Made by a program: the position numbers and the translations under genes
The notes under the pieces: generated by a model
Seen by the model: the letters and a program-made list of their open reading frames with translations, nothing else
What the model was told of the DNA's origin: nothing
Databases searched by the model: none
In this document: one piece after another, positions 28,643-38,716 of the stretch
Layout: each line of letters opens with the position of its first letter
How positions within the stretch are numbered: position 1 is the first letter of the stretch
IMG/VR virus record: IMGVR_UViG_3300022745_000018
Span: 1 to 64,000 of that record
Direction: 5' to 3' (one strand)
DNA length: 64,000 nt
Source of the DNA: a virus

Positions 28643-28933
28643 TCAAGCAGTCTGTTTCTTTTTGTTCTTTGTCTTCGTGACTGCTTTTGGAACAGATGGA
28701 GAAGAAGTCACTTCGACCGCCTCTGATTGTTCCGGTTCTTTCTCAAAAACAACTGGAGATTCCTCTTGGGCATCAGAAATACCAAATTGAGTCAGATCTA
28801 CACCTTCTGCACGTAGAAGTTCCAGTAGGTTACCAATTGCAATCAGAACTTCACCGGTCTGTGGGTTAGTCCAACCACGGGCAGTAGGTACTGCCGCTGG
28901 GAACCAGCGCGGTTTTGTATTTAGATGTGACAT
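28643..28933 (-). CDS. hypothetical protein
   Basis: AVPTARGWTNPQTGE motif. Confidence 0.65.
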   Translation of the reverse strand: MSHLNTKPRWFPAAVPTARGWTNPQTGEVLIAIGNLLELLRAEGVDLTQFGISDAQEESPVVFEKEPEQSEAVEVTSSPSVPKAVTKTKNKKKQTA

Positions 28934-29466
28934 TATTGAGATCCTTGTTTAGTAATTGCCTTAATCGTTGCTAAATTTATTAGCACGGAAGGCTTCTTAG
29001 CTTTCTTCTCTTCTTTCGTGGACTTAGTGATTGGATGAGTTGCCTCGGAATCAGCTGCGACGTGAGCAGATTCTTTATTAGCCGCCGTCTCATTCACTTT
29101 GGCCAGTTTCTTGCTTTTCTGTTTCGCCAGTTTTGTCGCAATACCATACATCACAGATTCACCATCTTCGCCATATCGATCTTTGAACTTCTTCAAAGCT
29201 GGCTTCATTGACTTGACATAGTCTTCTCTATAATCAAGTTCGGCTTGTGATAGTTTGCGCTCGTCGACTTGTTCAACAGATTCATTTAGACCACCAACGA
29301 CACTGTGTTTGTATCCCAAATGTTTCACGATCTCTTTGGCTTTATCTAGATTATCTGAATGGACGGTGACCGTGGAATCATCAACTTTGGCATTGATGTC
29401 CTTATCAGCAAGTTCCCTAGCTAGAAAGTCGCTAGTGATAGATTTGTACTTCTTCTTTGGTAGCAT
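28933..29466 (-). CDS. probable internal head protein
   Basis: LNESVEQVDE spacer resembling gp21-type cleavage sites; Lys-rich. Confidence 0.6.
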   Translation of the reverse strand: MLPKKKYKSITSDFLARELADKDINAKVDDSTVTVHSDNLDKAKEIVKHLGYKHSVVGGLNESVEQVDERKLSQAELDYREDYVKSMKPALKKFKDRYGEDGESVMYGIATKLAKQKSKKLAKVNETAANKESAHVAADSEATHPITKSTKEEKKAKKPSVLINLATIKAITKQGSQ

Positions 29467-29480
29467 TTGAGCCTCTTTAA

Positions 29481-30491
29481 TTATTTGGACAGTTTGAATG
29501 ACGCATCAACTATACCACGCATGCGTTTACTGATCTTTTTCTGTTCTTCGTCTGGTGTCATGTCTTTGCGTTTGAATACTGGATTCGCAATTCCCATGCC
29601 CTGTATTCTGGTACGGCCAGAAACATCAAGGGCAGCTGCACTGATGTAATTGCGCAAAGTTGTTTTATTGACTTCGTCTACTTGCTCAGATTCCTCAACA
29701 AAATCACCACGGGTTCTACGATCGGCGCGTTGACCGAGACCACCCCAGACTCCTAGTGATTGCCGTTCAGCTTGTTTGGCTTTTTCCTTCTCGGCTCTAG
29801 CAGTAACAGTAGTTCCTTTTGGACGACCGATAGCTACTTTGGTCTTTCCAATTTCCAACAGATCTTTGTTATGAGCAACATGCGGGTGGTCAACACCAGA
29901 ATTCGCCTTCGCAACTGCTCTAATCAGCATCGCGGCTTGAGACCTAGGCATCTCGTGATATGGTTTATGACCGTTGGAGATATTTTCCTTAGCTTGCGCA
30001 ATCGTATCACCCATGTCATGAATTGACACTCTACCACGACCTTCCATGATGATCTGTTCAATCATTTCGTTCACGAGTTCGTGTTTTTCCATGATATGAT
30101 CGCCTGCTCCAACAGCATTGATGTAATCTACACATTCATTTGTAGCAGCAAAGACGGTCGTGGAATACGAATCTTCAGGAAAATCAATTTCCGTATTCAT
30201 GACTCCCAAATCATATAGACGAGCAACACCAGAAGCAATTGCTTCTTCTAATGAGTCATATTGTTTGTAATCATATGGAGTCATTGACAGATCAATACCA
30301 GCTGCGAACTTGCAGAAGATAGCATCAAACGCAATTCCATATCGTGGGCCATCCGTCGTGTTATCGATGGGAATGCCAATGTCCCGACTCTCTGTGATGT
30401 GGAGCGCTGGCCAACCAGAAATCGTCACGACGATTTCGTTATTTGGCTGCTTTTGAATACCAACGTACTTAGCAACATCTTCTAAATTCAT
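29481..30491 (-). CDS. probable modular head protein
   Basis: Contains EESEQVDEVNKTTLRNY, related to the IDELSKTTLASY module. Confidence 0.6.
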   Translation of the reverse strand: MNLEDVAKYVGIQKQPNNEIVVTISGWPALHITESRDIGIPIDNTTDGPRYGIAFDAIFCKFAAGIDLSMTPYDYKQYDSLEEAIASGVARLYDLGVMNTEIDFPEDSYSTTVFAATNECVDYINAVGAGDHIMEKHELVNEMIEQIIMEGRGRVSIHDMGDTIAQAKENISNGHKPYHEMPRSQAAMLIRAVAKANSGVDHPHVAHNKDLLEIGKTKVAIGRPKGTTVTARAEKEKAKQAERQSLGVWGGLGQRADRRTRGDFVEESEQVDEVNKTTLRNYISAAALDVSGRTRIQGMGIANPVFKRKDMTPDEEQKKISKRMRGIVDASFKLSK

Positions 30492-31081
30492 ACTTTCTCC
30501 GATCGTTTCTTTATAAATTCTACGAAACACTCAAGCATCATTCCTGAACGAGTTGCTTGAAACATTTTGCGATGAGTTTTCATGTCACCTTCAGGTGCAC
30601 CAATTGCAAATTTATTGAAATCATTTTCTTTTGCATACTGCCGCATTTTAGTTGCAGATACACCAGACAATCCGTCTCCATCATCACGTTCACCAGAAGA
30701 AACTACATCAATCTTCTTGAAACTGTGATTGGAGCCATCATTGTACTTATCGAGTAAGTCTTTATATTCACCCACTCTGTCTTTACCGGCCACCATGATT
30801 AGATGTTCTACACCAGAATCGCTAAGATCCTTCACATGATGTATGAATGTTGGCTTTTCTTTCGATGCCAATTTGATGTTGGTATTAGGGAAATATGATT
30901 TCGCGAAAGACAGTTTGTCTTCGGGTTTTAGAGGATTGTTTTTCTTATCGCTCGTATGAGAAAGAACAACCAGATGATCTGCTTGATTAGAATTCGCCAA
31001 ATCAGTCACTTTCTTGATGACAGCTTGATGACCTTTTGTGATTGGCGACATCCGTCCAAAGGCAAATACAGCAGTCTTCAT
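30488..31081 (-). CDS. cytidyltransferase-like (nucleotidyltransferase superfamily) protein
   Basis: FGRMSPITKGH, VAGKDRV, SATKMR motifs, as in T4-like phage homologues. Confidence 0.8.
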   Translation of the reverse strand: MKTAVFAFGRMSPITKGHQAVIKKVTDLANSNQADHLVVLSHTSDKKNNPLKPEDKLSFAKSYFPNTNIKLASKEKPTFIHHVKDLSDSGVEHLIMVAGKDRVGEYKDLLDKYNDGSNHSFKKIDVVSSGERDDGDGLSGVSATKMRQYAKENDFNKFAIGAPEGDMKTHRKMFQATRSGMMLECFVEFIKKRSEKV

Positions 31082-31204
31082 TTCAATTCAAGCAATTTAG
31101 CATATTTTGGTTCATTGGTACATCTAGAACACCCACCAGAAGCATCCAGATTCAAATTTGATGTACCATGCATTACATCAAATTATTTCATCTAAAGTGT
31201 TCTA

Positions 31205-32428
31205 TCAGTCAGCACCGGAAGCAACCGGTTGTTGCGGCTGATGAACTTGGCTGGTCGATTGATGTTGTTGATGTAACCTAGCATTCTGAATTGCACGCAC
31301 TTGAGAAACTAAACGTTGCGCCAATCTAGCAACAAGTGCCTTGCGTCTTGAAGCACCAGCTTCAAATCTTTCTTTCTCTTGACGTGTCATTTCAGAAGGT
31401 TTCTTTCTAAAGATGCGCTTCTTAATCATCGCTAGGGCTAATTTTCTAGCACGATTCTGAATGACGGTAGTAGACGCGGCTGTACGTTCAGCCCTTTCTC
31501 TACGAGCAGTCAATTGAGTTGAATGCGTTCTGACATTTCTTGCTAATGCTCGGCGACCTTGTAGCGTCAGTGTCTCCATCACCAAAGATGCTTGAATACC
31601 TTCGTCATTGTATTCGTCGTCATACCCTTCAACGACATCATCCAAGTCAATTGATTCAAAAATCTCATTGACGTTATTCTCTAACAGATCCACTAGTTTC
31701 TGATCGATGATTTCTTCGTTGGTTTGTTTGGTGACGTTCGATAGACCGAACGGTAGGCCAACCATTGCATTGGCTACACCCATACTCTTAGCGACTCTCA
31801 GAAATGGTACAAGAACAAGCCATTGCTTTTTCTCTTTATACTTTTCTTTGAATGCGTTGATGGAATCTTCCATCGTTTCGTATAGAGAATCTTTCAACTC
31901 TACACCAGCGACGGATGCAATGACTGACACAATACGTTTACGTTCGATGCCGTCCTTCAGTCCTTCAACGATTAGAGGTGTCTCAGTTGACTGTTTTGTG
32001 TAGAAACCTTCGATAGATTCCAACACGGAATATCTGCGATCCAAATCCTCAGATTCGTTCAGAGCAATGTCCAGACACTTGACAATCTGATGTTTGGAAT
32101 ACATATCATCAAACTCATCAAATTGTTCAACGATAGACTCAGCTAACTCAAGATCGAAATGTTTCGTCTCGTAGCCAAATAGCGCAATTTGACCGGATTC
32201 GGTGATTGTGAAATCTGGAGCATCCGATTTTGTTTCTGCTTCCTTCACTTCATTCAACCACTTCTTTTCTTGACCATCTTTACCAACGACAGTAACGTAA
32301 TTACTACCGCGGTCAATGATCTTCAATTGTTCGCCGGTTTGGACATCCTCTACCACCTCACCAACCTTGAGGATTTCGCCAGCCAAATACCGTTCTCTTA
32401 ATGTTGTCATATCAGCTTTATCTTGCAT
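31205..32428 (-). CDS. hypothetical virion-associated protein
   Basis: LRERYLAG...DRGSNYV N-terminus; basic C-terminal domain after VMETL. Confidence 0.65.
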   Translation of the reverse strand: MQDKADMTTLRERYLAGEILKVGEVVEDVQTGEQLKIIDRGSNYVTVVGKDGQEKKWLNEVKEAETKSDAPDFTITESGQIALFGYETKHFDLELAESIVEQFDEFDDMYSKHQIVKCLDIALNESEDLDRRYSVLESIEGFYTKQSTETPLIVEGLKDGIERKRIVSVIASVAGVELKDSLYETMEDSINAFKEKYKEKKQWLVLVPFLRVAKSMGVANAMVGLPFGLSNVTKQTNEEIIDQKLVDLLENNVNEIFESIDLDDVVEGYDDEYNDEGIQASLVMETLTLQGRRALARNVRTHSTQLTARRERAERTAASTTVIQNRARKLALAMIKKRIFRKKPSEMTRQEKERFEAGASRRKALVARLAQRLVSQVRAIQNARLHQQHQSTSQVHQPQQPVASGAD

Positions 32429-32445
32429 AAAAGATTCTGTTCAAT

Positions 32446-32925
32446 TTATTTAGGTTCAACATCAATGACGCTGTCTGGGTCATCGGTGGTTGGTAGTGTC
32501 TTCAACCAATCACCAAGTTCTTTAGTTGAACCGACAAAGACCGTCGTGTTATTCTGAACCATTTGCGTCGGTGTACCATCTGGTTGTTTCTGTTGGTTTG
32601 GTTTATGAGCAACTTCAAGATCCAACAATTGGACATTCGTATCAGCCAATGTTCTAATCAATCCACCAAGAACTTCAAAGTCTCGAGATTTCTCAGTTGC
32701 GTTCGCAATTGTCTGAAGATCAGACAAAGCAGTCATACCAACCTCAAGCAGTTTGACGATGTTACCTTTAACATATTCACGTTGAGATTCCAAACTATCG
32801 ATTGAATCTGCGATAGCACTGGTGCGGACATCGGCTAACGACCGTTCTTCATCCAAGACAGTAGATGGTTCTGTGCCGAAAATCTCGGACAGTTTGTTAT
32901 TCATTTTTGGGGTCATGGTGTCCAA
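32446..32925 (-). CDS. 16: terminase small subunit (gp16)
   Basis: Follows gp15; EKSRDFEV and NNTTVFVGSTKEL match the gp16 pattern of T4-like phages. Confidence 0.8.
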   Translation of the reverse strand: MDTMTPKMNNKLSEIFGTEPSTVLDEERSLADVRTSAIADSIDSLESQREYVKGNIVKLLEVGMTALSDLQTIANATEKSRDFEVLGGLIRTLADTNVQLLDLEVAHKPNQQKQPDGTPTQMVQNNTTVFVGSTKELGDWLKTLPTTDDPDSVIDVEPK

Positions 32926-33689
32926 CTTTCATGAACTGTATGCGGATCATTAGAATCGGCAACAAACGGATCAATCTCAGCAATGAATTGAGAAGTTCCA
33001 TTGACGTCAACGATGACTCGTTTAATGACTCCCTGGACTGGACCTTCGTCGGGGAAATGATTCCCCGTGTCCATAACATCTTCTTCACCAAATAGCGGAC
33101 CGTAAATCAGAGCACGCATAGTGAATGAATATGTAGAAATGATGTATCTACGTTCCTCGTATGATCCATCATATTGATCATCAGAAGTAACTGAATTGAG
33201 GATTAGAGGAATGTCCAAGACCACTTCAGGATCTTTGATCATCTTGATCCGCAAATTCATATCTGGTCCAAAGAACGGAAGAATCTGTTCCATGATCTTG
33301 AGATTATCCTCAAGAGTCTTTGTGTAAGAATACAAATTGAATGTGATATTGTATGGCACCGGAGCAAATGTCTTGATCTGCGTGCCATCTGTTCTGAAAC
33401 AGAGTTTCTTATTCAGTTTATTAAGTTGACGTGAACTGTCATAATCGTAGCTGACGATTTCGTAACTCAATCTGGGTAACGAAATCTCTACGTCTTCTTG
33501 CAGAGAAGGGTCTTGTTGGAGTCTGGTTATGAACTTTTCTTTCTGAGCGAAAGCAATTGGTACTTTGACGATCTTCCTAGTCGCACCAGTGTCATCCTTC
33601 GTTCTAATCATAAGATTGTTGAACAAACCACCGAAAGCAACAATCAGTTTCCTAATTGTGCCATGGTAGAAAGGATTTGTAGTGATCAT
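32913..33689 (-). CDS. 15: tail terminator / sheath stabilizer (gp15)
   Basis: FYH.TIRK.IVAFG.LFN, LPRLSYE, EQILPFF motifs. Confidence 0.93.
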   Translation of the reverse strand: MITTNPFYHGTIRKLIVAFGGLFNNLMIRTKDDTGATRKIVKVPIAFAQKEKFITRLQQDPSLQEDVEISLPRLSYEIVSYDYDSSRQLNKLNKKLCFRTDGTQIKTFAPVPYNITFNLYSYTKTLEDNLKIMEQILPFFGPDMNLRIKMIKDPEVVLDIPLILNSVTSDDQYDGSYEERRYIISTYSFTMRALIYGPLFGEEDVMDTGNHFPDEGPVQGVIKRVIVDVNGTSQFIAEIDPFVADSNDPHTVHESWTP

Positions 33690-33692
33690 CTA

Positions 33693-34427
33693 TTATTTAC
33701 CAGCCAAAGGATTCTTCTTAGAGAAATCCATGATATCCAAGAACTCTTGTTTCAGTTCGTCATCGTCACCAAAACCAAGAACGTCGTCGTATGGGATAGC
33801 AGATGTATATGCTGGATCTGTAACGAATTCTGGTGGAGGAGTACCAACATCAAGCTTGGTATTCAAACGATCCATATTCTTTCCAAACACACTATCCACA
33901 GGAGCATACCCAGTGTTGAACGTTTCGTTGTTCAACTGTGTCAATTCACAACGCAGTTCCCATACATACTTCTTATTTAATTGGTAGAAACTAGGTTCTT
34001 CGTCTTCAACGAATTTGATTTCAAACAGAGATTGCGAATTTGGGATGTAAATAAGATCACCCTCATTTGGTCTCCATTTAACCGTAGCATTCCGTGAAGA
34101 TGGTACGATCGGTACAACGACATCAGTAAATCGTTTGCGAGCGATGATCATCGTACAGGTATCTCGAACTTCAAGACCGAACTTAGCGATCATTTCACCT
34201 TCACCACCATACCCAGTGTAGTCACCAATCCAACATTCAACAATCGCATGAGAATCGAACGATGAAAGATTGTCCTCTCCCAGGACTTGATCTAGTTTAC
34301 CCAGAGTCCTCGGTAAATAGACGCAATCAACACCAGCGATCTGAATTGACTCAATCGCCATCTGTTCTACGATGTTCTGCTCAGACGGTACACCAATCTG
34401 AGCTTGAAAGTACGGGTTTAGTGCCAT
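33693..34427 (-). CDS. 14: neck protein (gp14)
   Basis: NPYF, YLPR, KFGLEVRD, RPNEGDLIY, FEIKFVE. Confidence 0.93.
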   Translation of the reverse strand: MALNPYFQAQIGVPSEQNIVEQMAIESIQIAGVDCVYLPRTLGKLDQVLGEDNLSSFDSHAIVECWIGDYTGYGGEGEMIAKFGLEVRDTCTMIIARKRFTDVVVPIVPSSRNATVKWRPNEGDLIYIPNSQSLFEIKFVEDEEPSFYQLNKKYVWELRCELTQLNNETFNTGYAPVDSVFGKNMDRLNTKLDVGTPPPEFVTDPAYTSAIPYDDVLGFGDDDELKQEFLDIMDFSKKNPLAGK

Positions 34428-35023
34428 TATTGCTTCTTAGGAGGGCGTGAACCGAACCACCATGTAGAACATGTAGTGAAGACGTATGTAATGGTACTAA
34501 TGATCTGCAGTTGAATCTGCATTGCTTGATCAGCTGTCATGTAGACACCATACTTTGAACTCAGATCCTTTACCCAAAGGAACATCATTGTAACCAAGAT
34601 GCATAGATAGATCGTCATTCCCGGGCGAAGGATGCCGCGAACAAAATCAACAATACCCATCATTAGAACAACGGCTGCACCAGCGAAACCTGGTCGCTTC
34701 TGCGATTCGGGTGCTAAGTATTTTGCAGTATCATTCTCGAAACTGGCGGAGAACATCTTTGCATCGGCATCTGCTTCAGCCACACCAATCGCTGCATCTT
34801 TATTACTTGACGCGATCGCTTCGTCTGCCTCTGCTCGTCTTTTCGCCGATTCAGATTCGATAGTCGCCAATTGGATGGAATTTGCATGATTCAACTTCAA
34901 TGTTTCGATGTCTTGATTTCGATGCTGATAATCGAAATACCGCTGAATCAACACACCGATCAAGCCAGTGGCTCCACCGGAAAAAATACCACCAACTATA
35001 GTACCAACAATTTCACCAACCAT
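34427..35023 (-). CDS. holin-like membrane protein
   Basis: N-terminal TM, coiled linker, RG.LRP and C-terminal WWFGSR; adjacent to the endolysin. Confidence 0.65.
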   Translation of the reverse strand: MVGEIVGTIVGGIFSGGATGLIGVLIQRYFDYQHRNQDIETLKLNHANSIQLATIESESAKRRAEADEAIASSNKDAAIGVAEADADAKMFSASFENDTAKYLAPESQKRPGFAGAAVVLMMGIVDFVRGILRPGMTIYLCILVTMMFLWVKDLSSKYGVYMTADQAMQIQLQIISTITYVFTTCSTWWFGSRPPKKQ

Positions 35024-35027
35024 TTTA

Positions 35028-35597
35028 TCACCCCAACAAAATCAATGCTCTAGTGTACAGCGATTGACGATCAGCCAAACCATTGTACCCACCGTTAATT
35101 CTTCTAGTGAGTTCACCGAAGTTATCAATGAACTTATTCAAATTCTTTCTACGCCAATACAAACCAGCAGAGACAGCCGCCCAAAACGGTTTCTCCAGTT
35201 CCTCAGGATGTTCTTCGAAATCAGGAACTTGAACTTTCATTACCTGAACGGCATAAGCACCAAGATCTCTGTAATTGCTTCTACCAGTGATCTGAATGAA
35301 TCCTCTACCATAGTACCGTTTACCATCACCGCTCGTGGTATTACCAAGTCTCTTCGACAAACTCGTCACTGGTTCATATCTGATTTGAGCAGAAGTTGGA
35401 CCCCAAATCTCTTTCATGAAAAGCAATCTACCAGATTCATGACCAATTTGCGCTAGAAAAGCAGCACACTGCTCAACAGTTTCGATCTGCGCAACGGTCA
35501 TTGCAATTCTCAATGGATTGACGAACACAGAACTAACCCTTCGGCCATACAATGACTGAAGGATTTCTGGTGTAATCCGATTGACGATATCTGACAT
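35028..35597 (-). CDS. GH19 (chitinase-like) endolysin
   Basis: FLAQIGHESG, YYGRGFIQITGRSNY, TRRINGGYNGLADR. Confidence 0.92.
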   Translation of the reverse strand: MSDIVNRITPEILQSLYGRRVSSVFVNPLRIAMTVAQIETVEQCAAFLAQIGHESGRLLFMKEIWGPTSAQIRYEPVTSLSKRLGNTTSGDGKRYYGRGFIQITGRSNYRDLGAYAVQVMKVQVPDFEEHPEELEKPFWAAVSAGLYWRRKNLNKFIDNFGELTRRINGGYNGLADRQSLYTRALILLG

Positions 35598-36058
35598 TAG
35601 TACTTACTTACAGATTCTGAAATTTGTTTCGAGGACGTAAATCCTTTTGTGTACATCTCGGCTGCTTTTTCTAGGAACTTTGCACCAGAGAAACTGGCCA
35701 TGATGACTGTAGCCAATTCCCACCAAACACTGAACTCATTGTGTCTGGAAATAGCAAACATCAGTACACCAGCCAAGAAACTTCCTAGCATATGGCTTGT
35801 CGCAAACAACCCAATTCTACTGATTCCGGTAGCTTTGCGCTTCATTTCTGAATCCAGACGGATAACAAGAGCAGTCGCACCAGATAGAATAGCAACACCG
35901 GCCATCACCAAGACTTGCGTCATGCTGATATTAGCGAAAGGATCTGGTGGAGTAGTCGCTACTGCGGCACTAACGGCCATAGGCCATAGGAAAAACAGTA
36001 AGATTTTAGCAATGGCGATTTTTCTAATGAAGTTGTTCTTCTGCATGTTTGTCTTCAA
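35597..36058 (-). CDS. holin-like multi-TM protein
   Basis: About four hydrophobic segments; immediately upstream of the endolysin. Confidence 0.6.
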   Translation of the reverse strand: MKTNMQKNNFIRKIAIAKILLFFLWPMAVSAAVATTPPDPFANISMTQVLVMAGVAILSGATALVIRLDSEMKRKATGISRIGLFATSHMLGSFLAGVLMFAISRHNEFSVWWELATVIMASFSGAKFLEKAAEMYTKGFTSSKQISESVSKY

Positions 36059-36485
36059 AGCAATTCGTCATCTTTACAAAGATGTCATACCCAGCAATGA
36101 TGGTGGCAATTACCCCATCGAGAAAATATCGAGCTATTGACAACGAGTTAAGGTCTTTGATCGTCAAAACAATCGCCGAGGTAACCAAACATATGAATAG
36201 CGCTAAAACCATGTAGATGACATGTCTATTATGCGATATGCTATCTACTACATATTTATTTAGAGATCTGAAGTCCGATGTAAGGGTATCGTATAACCCA
36301 ATCGCGATAACGATAAAGAACGATGATAGAATCGTTGTTGTACTAGACGATATCGCCTCATTAAAGAAATGGTGACCAAATGTGCTGTCGTAGAACAAAC
36401 TAACAACGGTAAATAACATGCTCATCAGAAGGTATAATCTGACACATGTGTATGCATGCCAATGATTCTGTTTACCCATATTCAT
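36024..36485 (-). CDS. multi-pass membrane protein in the lysis cassette
   Basis: About four TM segments. Confidence 0.6.
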   Translation of the reverse strand: MNMGKQNHWHAYTCVRLYLLMSMLFTVVSLFYDSTFGHHFFNEAISSSTTTILSSFFIVIAIGLYDTLTSDFRSLNKYVVDSISHNRHVIYMVLALFICLVTSAIVLTIKDLNSLSIARYFLDGVIATIIAGYDIFVKMTNCFEDKHAEEQLH

Positions 36486-36489
36486 TTCA

Positions 36490-37440
36490 TTACCCCAAGA
36501 AGCCGATAGGTGGAAGTTCATAAGTGTCTCTAATTTCATTTTCTGCTGACTGAATCTCAGCCTCCGCTTGTGCCATCAAAGTACTAGCATCAATCGTCAC
36601 TCCACCCAACAACTGAATGTTTTGGTACTTAGATGTATTGGATGCCCATTGTTTCTTTATCACAGCCGTCACTAATTTCTTCAATAGACGGTCATTGTAA
36701 ATCTTCACATATGTATCTGGATCAAGAATGCGATATGTTTCAAACACGATCGTCGTCCCAATCGTGAAACCCGACATATCAGTATCCAAATAGATACGAT
36801 TCATTTTCTGGTTGAAATTGATCTGTGGAAGAGGTCTAATTGTTTTATCGACCAATTCCATGTATTCACGGACTTGTTCATAGTAGATCAACGATGACGA
36901 ACCCAATGTCGATAATTGGCTTGTTAGATTGAACATCGGATCGAACAAGAAGTTCTGTGACGAGTAGTTTGGAGTCCACGGAACTGCTCTAATGACACCA
37001 GTTACTAATGGCGACACCGAAACATACCCGTTTTCCGTATCACCCTGTACTTTCAATAGAAACGTTGTGGTGAATCCTGTCTGATTTGTCAGTGTTTCGT
37101 TAAGAACTAACGATTGACCAGAAGCACCAATTGGAGAAAATACTCCATTGGTAATGGCGATAGTCGGTGTTTTCATGTCATCGACTATGAAGTAATTACC
37201 GTTAGCCGCCGTCACTTTATCACCCTTCTGCAATCCAGAAGTACTCATGGTGATCTCCGTACCAGTGATTACGTGTTTCAACCAAACGCGCTCAGTTGCA
37301 TCGTAATGGAAGTCTTGGAAAAACTGTAGAGCATCATCAACTCTATCTTGAACTTGAGTCATGTCAACTTCAATGTTGATGACTGGTGCACCTAACTTCC
37401 GTAGTGCATATTCAATCAACTTCTGTCGTGTATCAATCAT
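36490..37440 (-). CDS. 13: neck protein (gp13)
   Basis: LRKLGAPVINIEV, KKQW..N.SKY, ELPP motifs. Confidence 0.93.
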   Translation of the reverse strand: MIDTRQKLIEYALRKLGAPVINIEVDMTQVQDRVDDALQFFQDFHYDATERVWLKHVITGTEITMSTSGLQKGDKVTAANGNYFIVDDMKTPTIAITNGVFSPIGASGQSLVLNETLTNQTGFTTTFLLKVQGDTENGYVSVSPLVTGVIRAVPWTPNYSSQNFLFDPMFNLTSQLSTLGSSSLIYYEQVREYMELVDKTIRPLPQINFNQKMNRIYLDTDMSGFTIGTTIVFETYRILDPDTYVKIYNDRLLKKLVTAVIKKQWASNTSKYQNIQLLGGVTIDASTLMAQAEAEIQSAENEIRDTYELPPIGFLG

Positions 37441-37979
37441 CTATTTACCTGTATGCCTGTCTGTAGAACAAAATACGAATCGACGATATCGGTTAGTGGT
37501 GCCGGGATCTTTTCCAGATCTTGGTGGATGTTGAACCAAGAGAAGATGTCTTCACCAGTTTTTTCAATGAAAGCTTTTGCCATATCACCCTTCTTGGCAT
37601 TACCTTTGCCGGTGGAGGCTTTCTTGATTTCTGTTGGAGCCAACGTGACGATTGGGATATTTAACTCGTAAAGAGACTGTTTCATGACCGAAGTTGCTTC
37701 TGCGATATTGAGCAGCATCCCAGAACCACCAAATGCATATGCTTCAATGTACGCTTTCTCCACGGTACCCAATTTCAGAACGGCATCAAGTAAGGTATTA
37801 CATAGCTTCGAATATCGTTCTTCTGGAGTTTTCCATTCCGGTAATTCCAATAGAGTCACCTTTTTCGACCAACAATCTTGCTTCTTCTTTTGCTTAAATG
37901 CAAAATGTAAAATCTCGTTAACATCCGTTTTCACCGTAATTGCTGGTGAAGAGATGGAATAATCAATACCGATGATCAT
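37437..37979 (-). CDS. RuvC-like RNase H-fold nuclease / resolvase
   Basis: IGIDYS, IEAYAF, KK.STGKGNA.K, DIVDS motifs. Confidence 0.75.
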   Translation of the reverse strand: MIIGIDYSISSPAITVKTDVNEILHFAFKQKKKQDCWSKKVTLLELPEWKTPEERYSKLCNTLLDAVLKLGTVEKAYIEAYAFGGSGMLLNIAEATSVMKQSLYELNIPIVTLAPTEIKKASTGKGNAKKGDMAKAFIEKTGEDIFSWFNIHQDLEKIPAPLTDIVDSYFVLQTGIQVNR

Positions 37980-38185
37980 TTGTATGATATCTCAATGGTA
38001 TGAATCGCGGAAATCGGTGTAGTGAAAGTTAATGTGTTACCAACGAATGTATATGAATTCTTGAATTGGTATACCCCATCAATGAAGACATCGTCCGAAC
38101 CAGTTGCCCTTGAAACTGTCGTGTAAACTGTCCCACCATTTGCAGCGATTCGTTCAGCCGAACTATGATTGCCTAAATATTTCAT
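37976..38185 (-). CDS. small beta-rich hypothetical protein
   Basis: VFIDGVYQ...LTF pattern; GATAAATA upstream at 38219-38226. Confidence 0.55.
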   Translation of the reverse strand: MKYLGNHSSAERIAANGGTVYTTVSRATGSDDVFIDGVYQFKNSYTFVGNTLTFTTPISAIHTIEISYK

Positions 38186-38317
38186 GATTTGTTACTAACC
38201 GGTATGTGTTTGCTGTTGTATTTATCATAGAACGGTTTAGTAAGGAGATGCTAAAATGGTCCGGAAGCACGAAAATGCACTTCCAGACCATCTAGATTAG
38301 AATCTTATATGGTTCTA

Positions 38318-38707
38318 TTAGCTTGCGGTGATAATGACACCATCTCCCTCAGATTCATGGATATCTGCGGCATACATCAACATCCCGCTCAAAATCTCCG
38401 ACAAAGCCAAGTTTGCACTATTGCATAAAGTCGAACCTGGTTGATTTGCTTTGATGATGTCAATGAAGCCGATGCAGTCTAAAAACAAGTCTTTACTGAA
38501 AACCAAATCAAACACAATCACATAATCGCAATCAACATTGGGGTTTTCGATAACGAACTCTCTACCAGCAGCAAGAATTCCCTTCAGAGTCTCTGTTGTT
38601 AGATCATCGCATACTTCTCGGAATGTACCGACTTCGGACAAACCGGCATCAGTTTTCTTAAAGAACGTTCCATTGACATACTGTTGGCCGTTGCTATTCA
38701 AAATCAT
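38318..38707 (-). CDS. hypothetical protein
   Basis: ORF downstream of gp41. Confidence 0.6.
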   Translation of the reverse strand: MILNSNGQQYVNGTFFKKTDAGLSEVGTFREVCDDLTTETLKGILAAGREFVIENPNVDCDYVIVFDLVFSKDLFLDCIGFIDIIKANQPGSTLCNSANLALSEILSGMLMYAADIHESEGDGVIITAS

Positions 38708-38716
38708 ATATCACTT

